64,000 nucleotides of DNA, taken from positions 1 to 64,000 of the forward strand of contig JAQGDQ010000631.1 in the NCBI GenBank assembly GCA_030141605.1. The letters run 5' to 3'. Made by a program: the position numbers and the translations under genes. Each line of letters begins with the position of its first letter. Position 1 is the stretch's first letter. This document shows, in pieces, positions 1 through 14,311 of this stretch. This DNA is from Tubiluchus corallicola. Lineage: Eukaryota; Animalia; Priapulida. The notes beneath the pieces were generated by a model. It saw only the letters and a program-made list of their open reading frames with translations, did not search any database and was not told the DNA's origin.

Positions 1-48
1 GTGAAGCAATACGTAACGCCATTGTACTTCGTTCAGTTACGTATTGCT

Positions 49-1554
49 CTTTCTAGTTACATAAATCTTTCCAGCAGGTAAGTTAAATTCTAAGTAATAT
101 AGATTCGCATGGAAAGTATTTTTGCTACATAGTTTGACATTTCCTTTTCTTCCCCTGATTTACGTTGTGCGTATATGATGTCACGTAATGGCGCCGTCGA
201 AACAGTGTAGCGAGAGATTAAAAATGAAAACAAACAAAAAATCCTTTCAACGCAGATACGATGTATGCATAAAATATATACAATACAATTACAATACATG
301 ATATACGCATAAAATTGCTGTAACGTAATATAAATGTTTAAGGAGATTTTTCTGAAACCTACTTCAGGTATCCCTTTTCTTGTCCTTTTAAGTCTTACTT
401 AAACACTGACAAAAACTCTCTTTCTTTGTAGTGGGTGCATAGGCCTTTTTTGGTTTTAATTTAGTTCTCAATTACTGCCACGGTGCTGCCACCTTTTTTT
501 TTATTTAGTAGGCATTTAGCTTTTTACAGTAGTCACTCTTTTAAAATTGAAGCACCTAATATCCTTCAATACATTAGCATTTTGGCCTTTCGTGAGCTAT
601 AGCTGTAGTAGTTGTATGACATTTTACCCGTCTTTTGGTTCTCTCCGCCATTGCTCTATTTTTCTGTCTGTGATGAGCATTATGACTGTGAATTTCTTAC
701 GAATTTATTGTTGTGACATTGTTGTTCTTAAGGCTACTTGGAGTTCTCATTCCTGTCTTTGTAACTGTTCTAACAATGTAAATATCATTAATTAATTTCA
801 ATATAGTCTACATAATTTTTATATCAGTTCTTAGTTATAGCAATACATTTAATCATGCAACTAATTTTCTTCTATTCAATGCAAATTAAACTAAATGTTA
901 ATGATTGTATTTCAGAATACAGAAAAATAGAGCAATGGCGGAGAGAACCAAAAGACGGGTAAAATGTCATACAACTTCTACACCTATTGCTCACGAAAGG
1001 CCAAAATGCTAATGTATTGAAGGATATTAGGTGCTTCAATTTTAAATGAGTGACTACTGTAAAAAGCTAAATGTCTACTAAATCAACAAACAGGTGGCAG
1101 CACCGTGGCAGTAATTGAGAACTAAATTAAAACCAAAAAGGCCTATGCACCCACTACAAAGAAAGAGAGTTTTTGTCAGTGTTTAAGTAAGACTTAAAAG
1201 GACAAGAAAAGGGATACCTGAAGTAGGTTTCAGAAAAATCTCCTTAAATATTTATATTACTTTACAGCCATTTTATGCGTATATCATGTATTGTAATTGT
1301 ATGTATATATCGTATTGTGTTGTATATATTTTATACATACATCGTGTCTGCGTTGAAAGGATTTTTTGTTTGTTTTCATTTTTAATCTCCCGCCACACTG
1401 TTTCGACGACGTCATTACGTGACGTCATATACGCAGAACGTAAATCAGGGGAAGAAAAGAAAATGTCAAACTATGTACCAAAAATACTTTCCATGCGAAT
1501 CTATATTACTTAGAATTTAACTTACCTGCTGGAAAGATTTATGTAACTAGAAAG
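49..1554. repeat. Long inverted repeat (foldback): arms 49-667 and 919-1554, ~250 bp spacer
   Basis: ctttctagttacataaatctttccagcagg at 49 is the reverse complement of cctgctggaaagatttatgtaactagaaag ending at 1554. Similarity continues inward to 667/919; ORFs 90..299(-) and 1286..1513(+) mirror each other. Confidence 0.93.
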
Positions 1555-2432
1555 GATAATTTATGATTATTTAAAATGTTTTCACCAATTGGTAAAATGT
1601 TGCTGACTCACCCTCCAGGGTGCGCCACTCACTAACCAAAAAAAGTATTTTTAATCTCACCGACAAGATGCAGTAATTTAAAACTTTACTAAAATTTTAC
1701 TAAAACCGTATTTTAATAAAACCGTACGCAAGATGGCAGCACAATGCTTAAACGGATGGAGTATTTTGCTCTACGACGTACAATGAGGCATAATCAGAAG
1801 CAAAGAATTTGCGGTTCAATTCTTTGCACAAAATCAGTTTTATCATCGCAGGAATTTCTACTTTTCGAAGTATAGATGGCAGGCCTGTAGCCATTGAAGA
1901 TGCGGCAAGTTAACTTACTATAAGAAGTATCAGTAAGATAAAACGTAAACTGGCATTAAGTTGTTTTGAAAACCACATATCACGTGCAAACGCAGCATAA
2001 CGTACCCTATAACTACAGGTGTCGTTTTTTTCAGCAAAAAATGTCATTTTTTAGTATCGACCGAGCTTTTGGCAATGAAAATATTTATCTTCAAATTTAG
2101 TGCCTCGTTAAAAGCTTATTCCTGAAACGCTTACGTATTACAAAGGTATTTGGGAAACAATTGAAGTTTTATTCTTGACAACTGCAGCATAATTGCAGTG
2201 GTGCAAGTAGTATTTATCTGTAGTTTGTCGTCCATTACTAGTAGTACAATGTTTAGTTTCTTGTCGTTACTCTCACAGAGGTAATACCAAGCCAAGGAAA
2301 TAAAAATTAACAATGGCATTGACACAAGGACATTGTGTCCTGTCCAGACTGTCAGGTTTTCAGTGCGGGCTGTCATTGCAAACAATAAGATTTAGAGCGA
2401 GTGGCAGGTCGACTGATTGTGTTCATTATTAA

Positions 2433-2887
2433 CCCTTTCATACCCGTTGTATCCCGTGGGATTCGAGAATATTTTCTGCCTTTAAAATTAATAAAATTTT
2501 AAAACTGACAGTTATTTGATCTGTTAATAGTTATTTTGATTTAAGCCAATAACAATAGACTAAAAATGATGATAAAATGGCAAACTAGAAAATCTACATA
2601 GCATAAAAACTGTGCAAGGTACAGTACTTTAGAGACGACTTTGTACAGATCAGCATAGCGTGCATACTAAATGTCTTAGATACTTTAAAAAATTATCAGC
2701 AGTTGCAAAATGAAGCACATTTTATACTTCTATTGAATCCCAATGTATCCCGTGGGATACAGGCTATATTAGCACACGGGCAGAGGTAGAAAAAAAATGA
2801 TTATGTGTAAACAAGATGGACATACTGAACAAAAGTACCAAATCAAAAAAAAAATTCTTATTAAAAAATAATTTGGGACTGAAAGGG
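2433..2887. mobile_element. piggyBac-type MITE, copy 1
   Basis: TTAA|ccctttca ... tgaaaggg|TTAA: TTAA on both sides, CCC/GGG termini, no coding capacity. Homologous copies at 32537 and 54494. Confidence 0.85.
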
Positions 2888-3440
2888 TTAACACTGAGAT
2901 GACATGTTTAATTGTTGGGTCGTTTCTAGCTGGTTCGCGTTTTTATTATTTTATGACAAAAAATTTCTTTAATTTCGTCAACATTGAACGGAAACACATT
3001 ATTGCTCACGCAAGCATGTACAAACAACACGAGCACGCACGCCACTCGCATTATTGCTCACGCAAGCATGTACAAACAACACGAGCACGCACGCCACACG
3101 CAGCGAGGCGGCAGATTTGCCACTAAGAAAAGAGGGCAAATATTTTGATTTATGCGCTAAGAAAGCGAAACATTGCAAACAGAACGGAATAAGGTCAGTT
3201 TTGAAAACCTTCGCTTTTTAAACAGAGCTGCTCTTTTAGTAACATCATGTTTTTGATTTTGTCTTTTCTCTAGGACAGCAGACTAAACCAGAGTCCGATC
3301 AGTAAATAGGACTTGCACAGAAATATTATAAAAGTTTTACTGCCAGTTTTTTGATGCAAGGCCCGTACATAAATAACGCTGTCTGCAGTGGAGTACTGAT
3401 ACTGCAGAACAAAATTATTCTCATCTGATTATGATCGTAT

Positions 3441-3985
<545 letters not shown>

Positions 3986-4261
3986 AAGATCTTTCTAAAA
4001 TCGTCAACAGTGGTGTTACAAGCACGAATGGGTTTCACTTAAAATACGTTTGCGGTCGACTAGGCTTCATTGACAGAGCTACTTTACTGTTCTGTGAAAA
4101 TATATATTAATAGTACAAACAGAGATGCCACATTATCGGAAATGTTATTAAGGAATCATTGTTAGCTATGGATGGATTACTCGAGGCTTGACAATAGTCA
4201 CCTTGCAACATTCATAGATTATCTCGAATTATTACGATTTTGGCTTTTACATATTCCTAAA

Positions 4262-4385
4262 GTATCTCAAAATTCCAACTTAGTATCTCGAAATTCCGAC
4301 TTAGTATCTCGAAATTCAGAATTAGTATCTCGAAATTCCGACTTAGTATCTCGAAATTCCGACTTAGTATCTCGAAATTTCGAGT
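4262..4385. repeat. 21-bp minisatellite, ~6 units
   Basis: Unit ttagtatctcgaaattccgac. Confidence 0.85.
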
Positions 4386-4976
4386 TAATACATTTATTTT
4401 GCATTTTACTATGTCCTTAACAGGCTACCGTATCCTCTCGCGTAAAACTGTTTTTGTTTAAGACATTTCGCACAAACAAAACAGCCTCGTGTGATGATAA
4501 ATTCAATCTATAATCGCTCTTTTTCGGTTTAGATAACATTCCTTCAAGATCAACGATTATCAACAAACAGTTCTCTCTCAATGTTCTTAATATTTGTTTT
4601 GCCCCCCCCCTCCTCCTTACGAAACGCTGAAGGTAGTTTCACGCTACGGTTAAGCGGTATTCACACTTACAATACGTTCACACAGTTACCGAAAAAGACA
4701 AAGAAGAGTTGATTGGGGGATAAGAGGAATACGTTTGCGAATTTCACGGTTAAGCAGTTCAGGAGTTTTTTTTTAATAGCGAAAGTGTTCAGGAAAAGCT
4801 AGACTACTAACCTAGTTAAAATTGAAGTTACAAAACCAATTAGAATAGAATTGCGTTCATGTGAAAACGGTGGTGTCTAGGATTAAGGTTTCCTCGACTG
4901 TAGTTATTGAGAAAGATGAAAAAACTGCCAGGGGGGTCTCCTTACATTCATTTTCAATATTACACTAGAGTAATAC

Positions 4977-5230
4977 GTCAGTCAGTCAGTCAGTCAGTCA
5001 GTCAGTCAGTCAGTCAGTCAGTCAGTCAGTCAGTCAGTCAGTCAGTCAGTCAGTCAGTCAGTCAGTCAGTCAGTAGGTCATTCATTCATTCATTCAGTCA
5101 GTCATTCAGTCAGTCAATTAGTCAGTCAGTCAGTCAGCCAGTCAGTCAGTCAGTCAGTCAGTCAGTCGGTCAGTCATTCAGTCAGTTAGTCAGTCAGTCA
5201 TTTAGTTAGTGAATCAGTCAGGAACTGAGT
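4977..5230. repeat. (GTCA)n microsatellite
   Basis: Read directly. Confidence 0.95.
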
Positions 5231-6114
5231 TAGTCAGTCAGTTACTCAGTCATTCAGTTAGTCTGTCAGTCTATCTTTCTGTCAATCAGTAAATCAGTCA
5301 TTTAGTTTTTCAGCCTATCCGGCAGACAGCCAGATAGTCAGCTAATCAGCCAGGAAAGTTAGTCGCTCAGCAAATCAGTCGGTTAATCGGCAAGTCAATT
5401 TATAAGGAAAGAAAATGGAATTCTTGTATAAAGCTGAAAAATTTGTCTTGACATTTTAAATCACTTGCGTGCAATCTTATTGCATACAAGGCTTGTATCA
5501 GCAATAACGCTGTATAAAACTTATAGATTGTAACTCTCACGATGACGTCAGGCGCAGCCATTGTAACGATAAGCGGAAAAATAATCAGAGCATGCGCAGC
5601 ACACACTTCACAAACTAAGCAAAAATAAAAATTAATATATCTTGTCAATAAGTTTAATAATGTGTTTTTGTGAAAGAGTGACTGTTTTTCAATTAGCGGG
5701 AACATTTTAAGTTACTAACAATTTTTCCGGCACACAAGTTTTTCATGTAAAACCAACTCATATAACTTTTATACGGACATTCAAGGCAACTTAAAATTAC
5801 ACTTTCGTCTCCTTTACAAGTGACCGAAATCAAACAAAGGTCTATTTTCTGCAAGATTTAAACTGAATAAAGTACCTTTGAAATTAAAAGTTGTGTAGTA
5901 TAACTTTATGCGATACAAATGCTTTTTTGTATACATTTCAGTACATAAACGATAGACTAGATAACTATAAAGTTTAGCGCATGCGCAGTTTCTCGTTATC
6001 ATTAAACCAAAACCAGGTCCAATCTTAAACTGCAGGTCAAAACAACCTACTCTCTTTTTTTTAAAAATTGAAAGAAAACATACTTTTTTTATCAAAAAAT
6101 AATATAAAGACTTG

Positions 6115-6630
6115 CGTAAAAGAATTATTACCACACAAACACAATTTCGCGTTCGTGCCACTAGTTCTTCGCTGTTACATGCATTTTGCCATTCGATAGT
6201 TAGATGGGCACCATCTTGTGCATTTCACAAAAACGTATTGCATAAAAAACAAGTGCTGTATCTCTTAGTTCATATGTGTTAGTTTGTGACGAACTACACA
6301 CGTTCGAGAACTGAGCACAGCGGTAAATTTGAAATTTGAATTTTTGTCCAAAAACTTGATTAGCTTTAGTACAAACACACTGATGATCTTACAATAGCAC
6401 TGTTCTTCAATTTTCGCTTTCACAAACGCGTGCAAGATGCTCGTGGGATATTTTTGCTGTTGAAAATTATGTTAGTTTGTGATGTCATAAATATTTGGGC
6501 TCTCCCGCCATTAATAGTGTTCTTAATACATTATTTAATCATTTGAAAGCCTTGTGCAGTATTAATTGTGTTAAAATGTATACTTTTTACCATACTTGAA
6601 AATGGGGCAGTATATGAAAAGTCATACTGT
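6115..6630 (+). mobile_element. Dispersed repeat, probably a non-autonomous DNA transposon; second copy at ~47255-47780
   Basis: agaattattaccacacaaacacaatttc...gttgaaaattatgttagtttgtga...tatgaaaagtcatactgtc is shared with the 47.3 kb copy, which ends cttcctttta. Confidence 0.65.
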
Positions 6631-6884
6631 CAATAATAGGCCAAGATGATTATTTTGCTAGTAAAAACTACCTGAAACTTCTTACACCAGAAGCTCAATG
6701 TCACCTCCGAAGCGGCACACTTCAAAGAAATTTATGATTTTATGATGTAATTAAAGTCATTTCATTTAAATAACTGGAACACGTGTTATTACATTTCCGG
6801 TCAGCAAAATTTAATGGTACCCCGCATGGCAGAAATGCACAACAATAATTTATGACAATCACAGCTGGCAGCCCTTCCAGCGCA

Positions 6885-8001
6885 GGCATAACTTGTGTTG
6901 TAGCTTGAAGCATAACTTGTGTTGTAACTTGAGGCATAACTTGTGTTGTAACTTGAAGCATAACTTGTGTTGTAACTTGAGGCATAACTTGTGTTGTAAC
7001 TTGAGGCATAACTTGTGTTGTAACTTGAGGCATAACTTGTGTTGTAACTTGAGGCATAACTTGTGTTGTAACTTGAAGCATAACTTGTGTTGTAGCTTGA
7101 AGCATAACTTGTGTTGTAACTTGAGGCATAACTTGTGTTGTAACTTGAAGCATAACTTGTGTTGTAACTTGAAGCATAACTTGTGTTGTAACTTGAGGCA
7201 TAACTTGTGTTGTAACTTGAGGCTTAACTTGTGTTGTAACTTGAGGCATAACTTGTGTTGTAACTTGAGACGTAACTTGTGTTGTAACTTGAGGCATAAC
7301 TTGTGTTGTAACTTGAGGCATAACTTGTGTTGTAACTTGAGACGTAACTTGTGTTGTAACTTGAGGCATAACTTGTGTTGCAACTTGAGGCATAACTTGT
7401 GTTGTAACTTGAGGCATAACTTGTGTTGTAACTTGAGGCATAACTTGTGTTGCAACTTGAGGCATAACTTGTGTTGTAACTTGAAGCATAACTTCAGTTG
7501 TAACTTGAGGCATAACTTGTGTTGTAACTTGAGACGTAACTTGTGTTGTAACTTGAAGCATAACTTGTGTTGTAACTTGAGACGTAACTTGTGTTGTAAC
7601 TTGAAGTATAACTTCAGTTGTAACTTGAAGCATAACTTGTGTTGTAACTTGAAGCATAACTTCAGTTGTAACATGATGCATAACTTGTGTTGTAACTTGA
7701 GGCATAACTTGTGTTGTAACTTGAAGCATAACTTGTGTTGTAATTTGAGGCATAACTTCAGTTGTAACTTGAAGCATAACTTGTGTTGTAACTTGAAGCA
7801 TAACTTGTGTTGTAACTTGAGGCATAACTTGTGTTGTAACTTGAGGCATAACTTGTGTTGTAACTTGAGTCATAACTTGTGTTGTAACTTGAGGCATAAC
7901 TTGTGTTGTAACTTGAGGCATAACTTGTGTTGTAACTTGAGTCATAACTTGTGTTGTAACTTGAGGCATAACTTGTGTTGTAACTTGAAGCATAACTTGT
8001 G
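6885..8001. repeat. 24-bp minisatellite, ~46 units
   Basis: Unit gcataacttgtgttgtaacttgag/aa, built from two related 12-mers. Confidence 0.95.
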
Positions 8002-8370
8002 TAGTAGCTTACAGACGGGGCCTGATTATGACCTTTTGGCGCCCCTAGGCTATGAAATTATGAACCCCTCAGACGGAGCCAGCCTCTAATCCCCCCCCCC
8101 GTAACCGTCTGGAATATTTTTTAATGGTAACGGCGATATATTTTAACTACATAATACACAGCTTGAAGTAAACTTATTGCAAATTCCTTAATTAAACTAG
8201 AATAGGTATTTTTTGTTTGTCAATAAGAATATTCTTTAAGAAATATCACTAGTTTCCTGTTTATTGCAAACCAAATTAGCACATATTTCAACACAACTGT
8301 AGGGAACTGTAAAGGTTAAGTCCACAAAGCTTAATGGGTCCCATGCTGCAGCGTAAACTAGACTATAGAG

Positions 8371-8849
8371 CAGGGGTGTGCAAATTGCGGCCCACCGAGA
8401 GAGTTTATGCGGCCCGCGAAGAGATTTGTCAACCTAATGAAAGTGCGGCCCGGGAGATTAATTGAGTGTATCCAGCTGAAGTCCATGCCACGACCCCAAA
8501 GATAGTGCGAGTAGTTTTTTCTACTAGATCGGATGCCATTAACCCTTACAAGACGGTTGTAGCTTAATAGCACTGTACTACACAGACTGTGTGATACACA
8601 TTACTAACATGCATTGTAATGAAATTACCACTATCTGTCCTGAAAGTAGAAATATATGGTTTGTAATATAAATTTTAATAACTTCTAAAATAATTTCTTG
8701 GGTGTAGTAGTAATGATGTACGCAGGTCGGGTGCAAAAAAATCGTTATTAGGCCTTTCTCTACTTTGTTCCTTGATCAAACTGCCTGTGGCCCGCAGGAA
8801 TTGCGGGAAAGTTTAATGTAGCCCGGCTAGTCAGACTTGCACACCCCTT
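8371..8849. mobile_element. hAT (Charlie-like) MITE
   Basis: TIRs caggggtgtgcaa ... ttgcacacccct; subterminal gcggccc motifs; 8-bp flanks ctatagag / ctgtagga look like a decayed TSD. Confidence 0.7.
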
Positions 8850-9619
8850 CTGTAGGATATTTCCGCCCCGCTTCCTAGCATAACTTGAGATGTTATAATT
8901 TGTAAGCAAAAATCTCAAAGGAAAGTGAAAGAATGAACTATATGCGCCGTACAAAAGAGTTGAAAGGGGATTAGTAAAACTAGGACGAACACGCGTCTGT
9001 TGTTCGCTTTTGGATTTGAAAGATTAAAGTAATGCCACGATCAGCCCGCGGCAGAACATAGCACGGTCATTACCATGATTCTAGTAACGCATTTTACGAT
9101 ATTGCTTTTATTTGAATGCTGAAATACATAATTACGATACACGTTACAGACTGAACTATCACTACATACAGTATATATGTATATATGTATGTATATATAT
9201 ATATGTACATAAGTAGATATTACACGTTTATTATAAGTTGTTATAAAAGACACGTGATATTAATACCTGGCCTAATTAATATATTAATTATATCTTAACC
9301 TTCTATTCAATTGTATGAGGCAATAAATGAATTTGAATTGAATTGAATTACATTCTATGTGAAAAATATCATAACTTAAATCATCGTAATTTCGTTTAAT
9401 TAATATTAAGATACAATTTAGACTGGTAACGATAAGATAGACATGGACATGGACATGGACATGGACATGGACATGGACATGGACATGGACATGGACATAG
9501 ACATAGACATAGAATATTTATTTTTTCTCCAATTAGTTTAACATCAAAAGTTTTTTTTAAATATTAAGTAATTATAATCATGGAGCAGGGCAGGGAAGGA
9601 TCATAGGGTCATCTAGTCT

Positions 9620-10230
9620 CCTGCCATTTCTTATAAATAGATTACTAAATTTCTAAACATTTATGACATTAATAGGTTCCAAACTGCCATTTTCATGTGT
9701 AAATTCTCTCATAAATTATTGCCTCCCTTATTTACTGATTATTTTTGTTTGAATGCTGAGATACATAATTACGGCACACGTTGCAGACTGCACTATCACT
9801 ACATACAGTGCAACACAAACGTTAGAAAATTTTCTATTAAATACAATGGCCCTTACATGTGGAATTCAATTGCTCCAGCTATTAAAAATGCCAACTCGCT
9901 GTCCATATTTAAAAAAAAATTATAAATTAAACTTACTTGAAACATATAACTGATCACTCAATCATGATTTGTTGTTTTTCATTTTCAAAAACTTCCCCTC
10001 TAGTATAATAATATTCTTATTACTTCCCACCCGTATTTATATTTGTATATATTGTAATATTGTATCTGTATATATTGTAATTTTTCTCGTAACTAATTCT
10101 AGTGCACTAACATAAGCTAGCTTCTTAGGTCTCTAGCGCAGAATTCATGAATTCTATCATATTTTTGTATTAACAAAAACTGATTATCGATGCACATGTA
10201 ATGTATATGTATATGTTTATTGCGAAATAA
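9620..10230 (+). mobile_element. 5'-truncated LINE (CR1/L2-group) 3' end
   Basis: Peptide IHNYGTR...RKFSIKYNGPYMWNSIAPAIKNANSLSIFKKKL resembles the ORF2 C-terminus of CR1/L2-group LINEs; AT-rich 3' region with AATAAA near 10226. Confidence 0.75.
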
Positions 10231-10397
10231 ATCTATTAACTCTTTCTTCGTATTAAGAAGTTTCTGTTAGTCATGCATAAATCTGTCAGTTTTAATTATT
10301 TTCTAGTGGACAAAATTAACTTGTTTCAAATATGTCGAAGTTGAATAGAATTACGTACTAGTGTAAGTTATTAAAACTTGCTGAATCGACGCTAGGC

Positions 10398-11225
10398 CAA
10401 TGGAAACGTTAATTCGACATTTAGATAATGAAAACGTTAATTAGACATTTAGCCAATGAAAACGTTTATTCGACGTTAAGTCAATGAAAACGTTTATTCG
10501 ACGTTAAGTCAATGAAAACGTTTATTCGACGTTAAGTCAATGAAAACGTTAATTCGAAGTTAAGACAATGAAAACGTTAATTCGACGTTAAGCCAATGGA
10601 AACGTTAATTCGAAGTTAAGATAATGAAAACGTTAATTAGACATTTAGACAATGAAAACGTTCACTTAACGTTAAGTCAATGAAAACGTTTATTCGACGT
10701 TAAGTCAATGAAAACGTTTAATCGACGTTAAGTCAATGAAAACGTTTATTCGATGTTAAGCCAAAGGAAACGTTAATTCGGCGTTAAGACAATGAAACGT
10801 TCACTTAACATTAAGAAAATAAAACTTTTATTCGACGTTAAGACAATGGAAACGTTAATTCGAAGTTAAGATAATGAAAACGTAAATTAGACATTTAGAC
10901 AATGAAAACGTTCAGTTAGCGGTAAGACAATGAAAACGTTGATTCGACGTTAAGACAGTGAAACGTTTACTTAACTTTAAGAAAATGAAACGTTGATTCG
11001 ACGTTAAGACAATGAAACGTTCACTAAAAGTTTAGGCAATGAAACGTTGATTCGACGTTAGGTAAATGAAAACGCTTACTTAACGTTAAGACAATGAAAA
11101 CGTTCACTTAACGTTGTAATGGCGTAAAGTACATGCAAACGTTCATTTAGCGTTAAGACAATGAAAGCGTTGATTCGACGTTAAGTCAATAAAATCGTTC
11201 ACTTAACGTTAAGTCAATGAAAACC
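10398..11225. repeat. ~29-bp minisatellite
   Basis: Unit caatgaaaacgtttattcgacgttaagt with variants. Confidence 0.9.
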
Positions 11226-11726
11226 TTGAATTTACCGTATCATCAATAACGCATTCCAGGACAAACAGAAAATTAAATCTTGGATAATGAAAGATATTGC
11301 CAATAAATTAAATGCAAAATTACAAAAGCCAACTGGATTGATTATCATAATTTATTGGCACATTGTACAACAATGCATTTCTGTGTGCTGAGATCCCGTT
11401 TATGCGTACGCACCGCCTGCCATGCGCAACACATAAATACAGTCAAGCACTCGCATTCACAAGCAATAATTTATTACAGACAAAAATTAGGTGAGAATAA
11501 TGAAACGCGTGATGCACTATTACACACGCGCTTGAAAACGAAATGGAGGACTTAAGAGTGAGGGGGGATTCTTAATCTCTTCCTGACCTTGAAAATTCAC
11601 GAACACTGCAGAGGGCGGATCGATCGTCTTGTCGTTTCGAGCATTCTAGGTTGTTTAAAATCGTTCAAAAAAAATAAATCGTTGGAATTTTTTAGTAAAT
11701 TGAAAATGTACTTTTGTTTGTTAGCT

Positions 11727-11889
11727 ATTGTGTTGTTGTTGCTATTGTCGTCGTCGTCGTCGTCGTTGTCGCCGTCGTTGTTGTTGTAGCTGTGGTTGTA
11801 ATAGTAGTTGTTGTTGTCCGTGTCGGTGTTGTTGTTGTTCATGTCGGTGTTGTTGTTGTTGTTGTTGTTGTCATTGTCGTTGTAGATGC

Positions 11890-11952
<63 letters not shown>

Positions 11953-12036
11953 ACTAGTAGTTGCAATTGTTGTTGTTGTTGTTGCTACTGCTGCTGCTGC
12001 TGATAATATTGTTGCTGTTGTTGTTGTTGTTGTTGC

Positions 12037-12087
<51 letters not shown>

Positions 12088-12155
12088 ACTTGTAGTCGTA
12101 GTTGTTGTTGTTGTTGTTCTTGTTGTCGTCGTTGTCGTTGTCGTTGTTGTTGTTC
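11727..12155. repeat. (GTT)n microsatellite
   Basis: Read directly. Confidence 0.95.
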
Positions 12156-12989
12156 ATAACGTCTATATGGATTTTGAGCTCGTTACTGAGCAACATCTTG
12201 TTCAACATCTTGTTCATCTGGAAGTGGCTGAGCCATAGAATCAAATCAGTTGGCACAGGCCACACATTCAGTGTTGAAAAGAAAAACATGTAAATATCTC
12301 TGGTAGGAAGATGAAGAAGAAGAAGCTCTCGAGTTACGATTCGAATGTTTTATGATTATTTCTGTTTATTTGTTTTATTTTCAACCTACGTAACACATCC
12401 AAAGGTTTACGACAAAAACCAGCTTGTACACATAACGTATTTTTAATTGTAGATTTAATGGCTAATTGAAAGCCTAACAACCACGACAAATTTCATTCCT
12501 ACAAACTGCTTGCTAGACAGTTGTTTACAAAACAAAAACAAATAACATGCATAGTCCTATGTTATTTGTGCAAGTAAATATAAATGAAAATGAAATATTT
12601 GCAAATAATAAAAATTTCTCTGTCTCAAAATTGTAATCGCGGCAAAATGAAGAAATATATTTTTAATCGATATATAATTGTCAAAGTAGCAAATATCTTT
12701 TAACGTGGACTCTCCATGATGTATAGACAATTTAAAAATTGTAGTTCTCAGTGCTTTACCTGAACAAGTTTAAAGAACATGAAAACACTCGTAAATAAAG
12801 CGTATTCGACTTGAAATTTCACATCACTTGTCTTATTAGATACAGAGCTTGCGTTAACAGTAATGCTGTATGAAACTTGTAAATTGAAACTCCCGCGACG
12901 ACCGTTAGACGCAGCCATTTTGACGACAGGTCATTTCAAATAAGTTTAGATAACATTTTGTAAAGTTTGAAAAAAGCATTTGTAGCGCA

Positions 12990-13348
12990 CACGTCACAAA
13001 CTAAGTAAAATTTAAAACTACTGTATCTTGTCAAATAGATTAAAAATTTTGTCATTTGGTGAAAAATTTTATATAATTAATAATTTTCTTTGCTAAGTCT
13101 TTTAAGCAGGTAAGCGAAATGCTAAGTAATGTGGCATTGCATGGAAAGTTTTTTGGTGACAAAATTTATGTAACATTTCCTTTTCTTCTTCTGATTTACG
13201 TTGTGCGTATATGACGTCACGTAATGGCGCCGTCGAAACAGTATTGTGGGAGATTTAAAAGGAAAGCATTTCCCCTTTCAACGCGAATACGATTTTAAGG
13301 CAGTTTTTCAGAAACCTACTTCAGGTACCCCTTTTCTTGCCCTTTAAG
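12990..13348 (-). mobile_element. Dispersed copy of the element within the 49-1554 foldback (TTAA-ended, Kolobok-like by inference)
   Basis: tgatttacgttgtgcgtatatgacgtcacgtaatggcgccgtcgaaacag ... gaaacctacttcaggtaccccttttcttgcccttTAA matches 157-391. Another fragment at 25812-25975 matches 1522-1693. Confidence 0.65.
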
Positions 13349-13454
13349 GAAGTCCTAATGTACCGCGCCCTTGGGATTTCCACTGAAGAAGAGCAATTTA
13401 AATTGATATATTATTACAAAGTAATAGTATTACTATTAGTAGTAGTGTAAATAT

Positions 13455-13796
13455 TGTTACGGAGGCACCTGTGTCGGGTCAGGCCCTCTACAAGCCCTGC
13501 TTCCACGTCAGCAGCGACTCACCCCTTTCTTGTAGGTCCAGACGTCTTGTTTGGGCCTACACGTGGTGTGAGAAGCCAGCTGACCTGTAATGCCAGTATA
13601 AAAGCGTGTAGAGGTCACTACAGCCTGGATTTCTGACACAGGTGCTCCTCGGGTGTAGTGCTGTTACTGAGTTAGTTAGTGATTTTTTTGTGCACGTGTA
13701 TTTTGTTCCCTATTTTTATTAGTGCTGATAATAAACTCCGTACAGTGTAATTTTTGTGTATTTTGTTTTATGAGAGTTAGATGACACGCTATAACA
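13455..13796 (+). mobile_element. Probable solo LTR
   Basis: Starts TGTTAC and ends ATAACA; internal TATAAAA (~13597) and AATAAA (~13730); 342 bp. TSD imperfect (aatat/ggtat). Confidence 0.55.
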
Positions 13797-14311
13797 GGTA
13801 TAAGGTACTAGACATTAATTTAGCTAGTTAACATAACATTTGTAATTAACATTAACATTTGTAAGTAAGTAATCAGTTACACAACGATTATAAAATGGAT
13901 CTTCATGATGCGCAATATCAAGACCGCCATGCCATCTTGGAGTTCGACCCCCTGTGTCGAATTCAGTCCAATATTATTTGTAGTAAAAAGGGTAGAAATA
14001 TGTTGCGGTCAAAACAATGGAAATTTTTAGTGACCCAAATTAGCATTCTCTAGTTTTGCAATTTTTAACTTCAAAATGAAAAACTTCTGTCATGAGATTC
14101 CACACACGTTAACGCACCGGCTGCTGACGTACATCCGCCACGCCGTGGCTAACCCTGGTTGTTGGATCATTCAATACAACTCTCGCGGTTTAACAAACAG
14201 CTAGGGATTATGCCTCTCACTGCAAACATTGCAGACAATTCCACTGAATCTGTGAATCAGTGTGTAAGAACCATGACGAAATTATTAATGTCAAGGGACC
14301 GGCGGATGGAC

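Noticed and set aside
10398-11225. 29-bp repeats (and the other arrays) as a CRISPR array
   Set aside because: Units are contiguous without unique spacers, the context is eukaryotic, and no cas genes are present.
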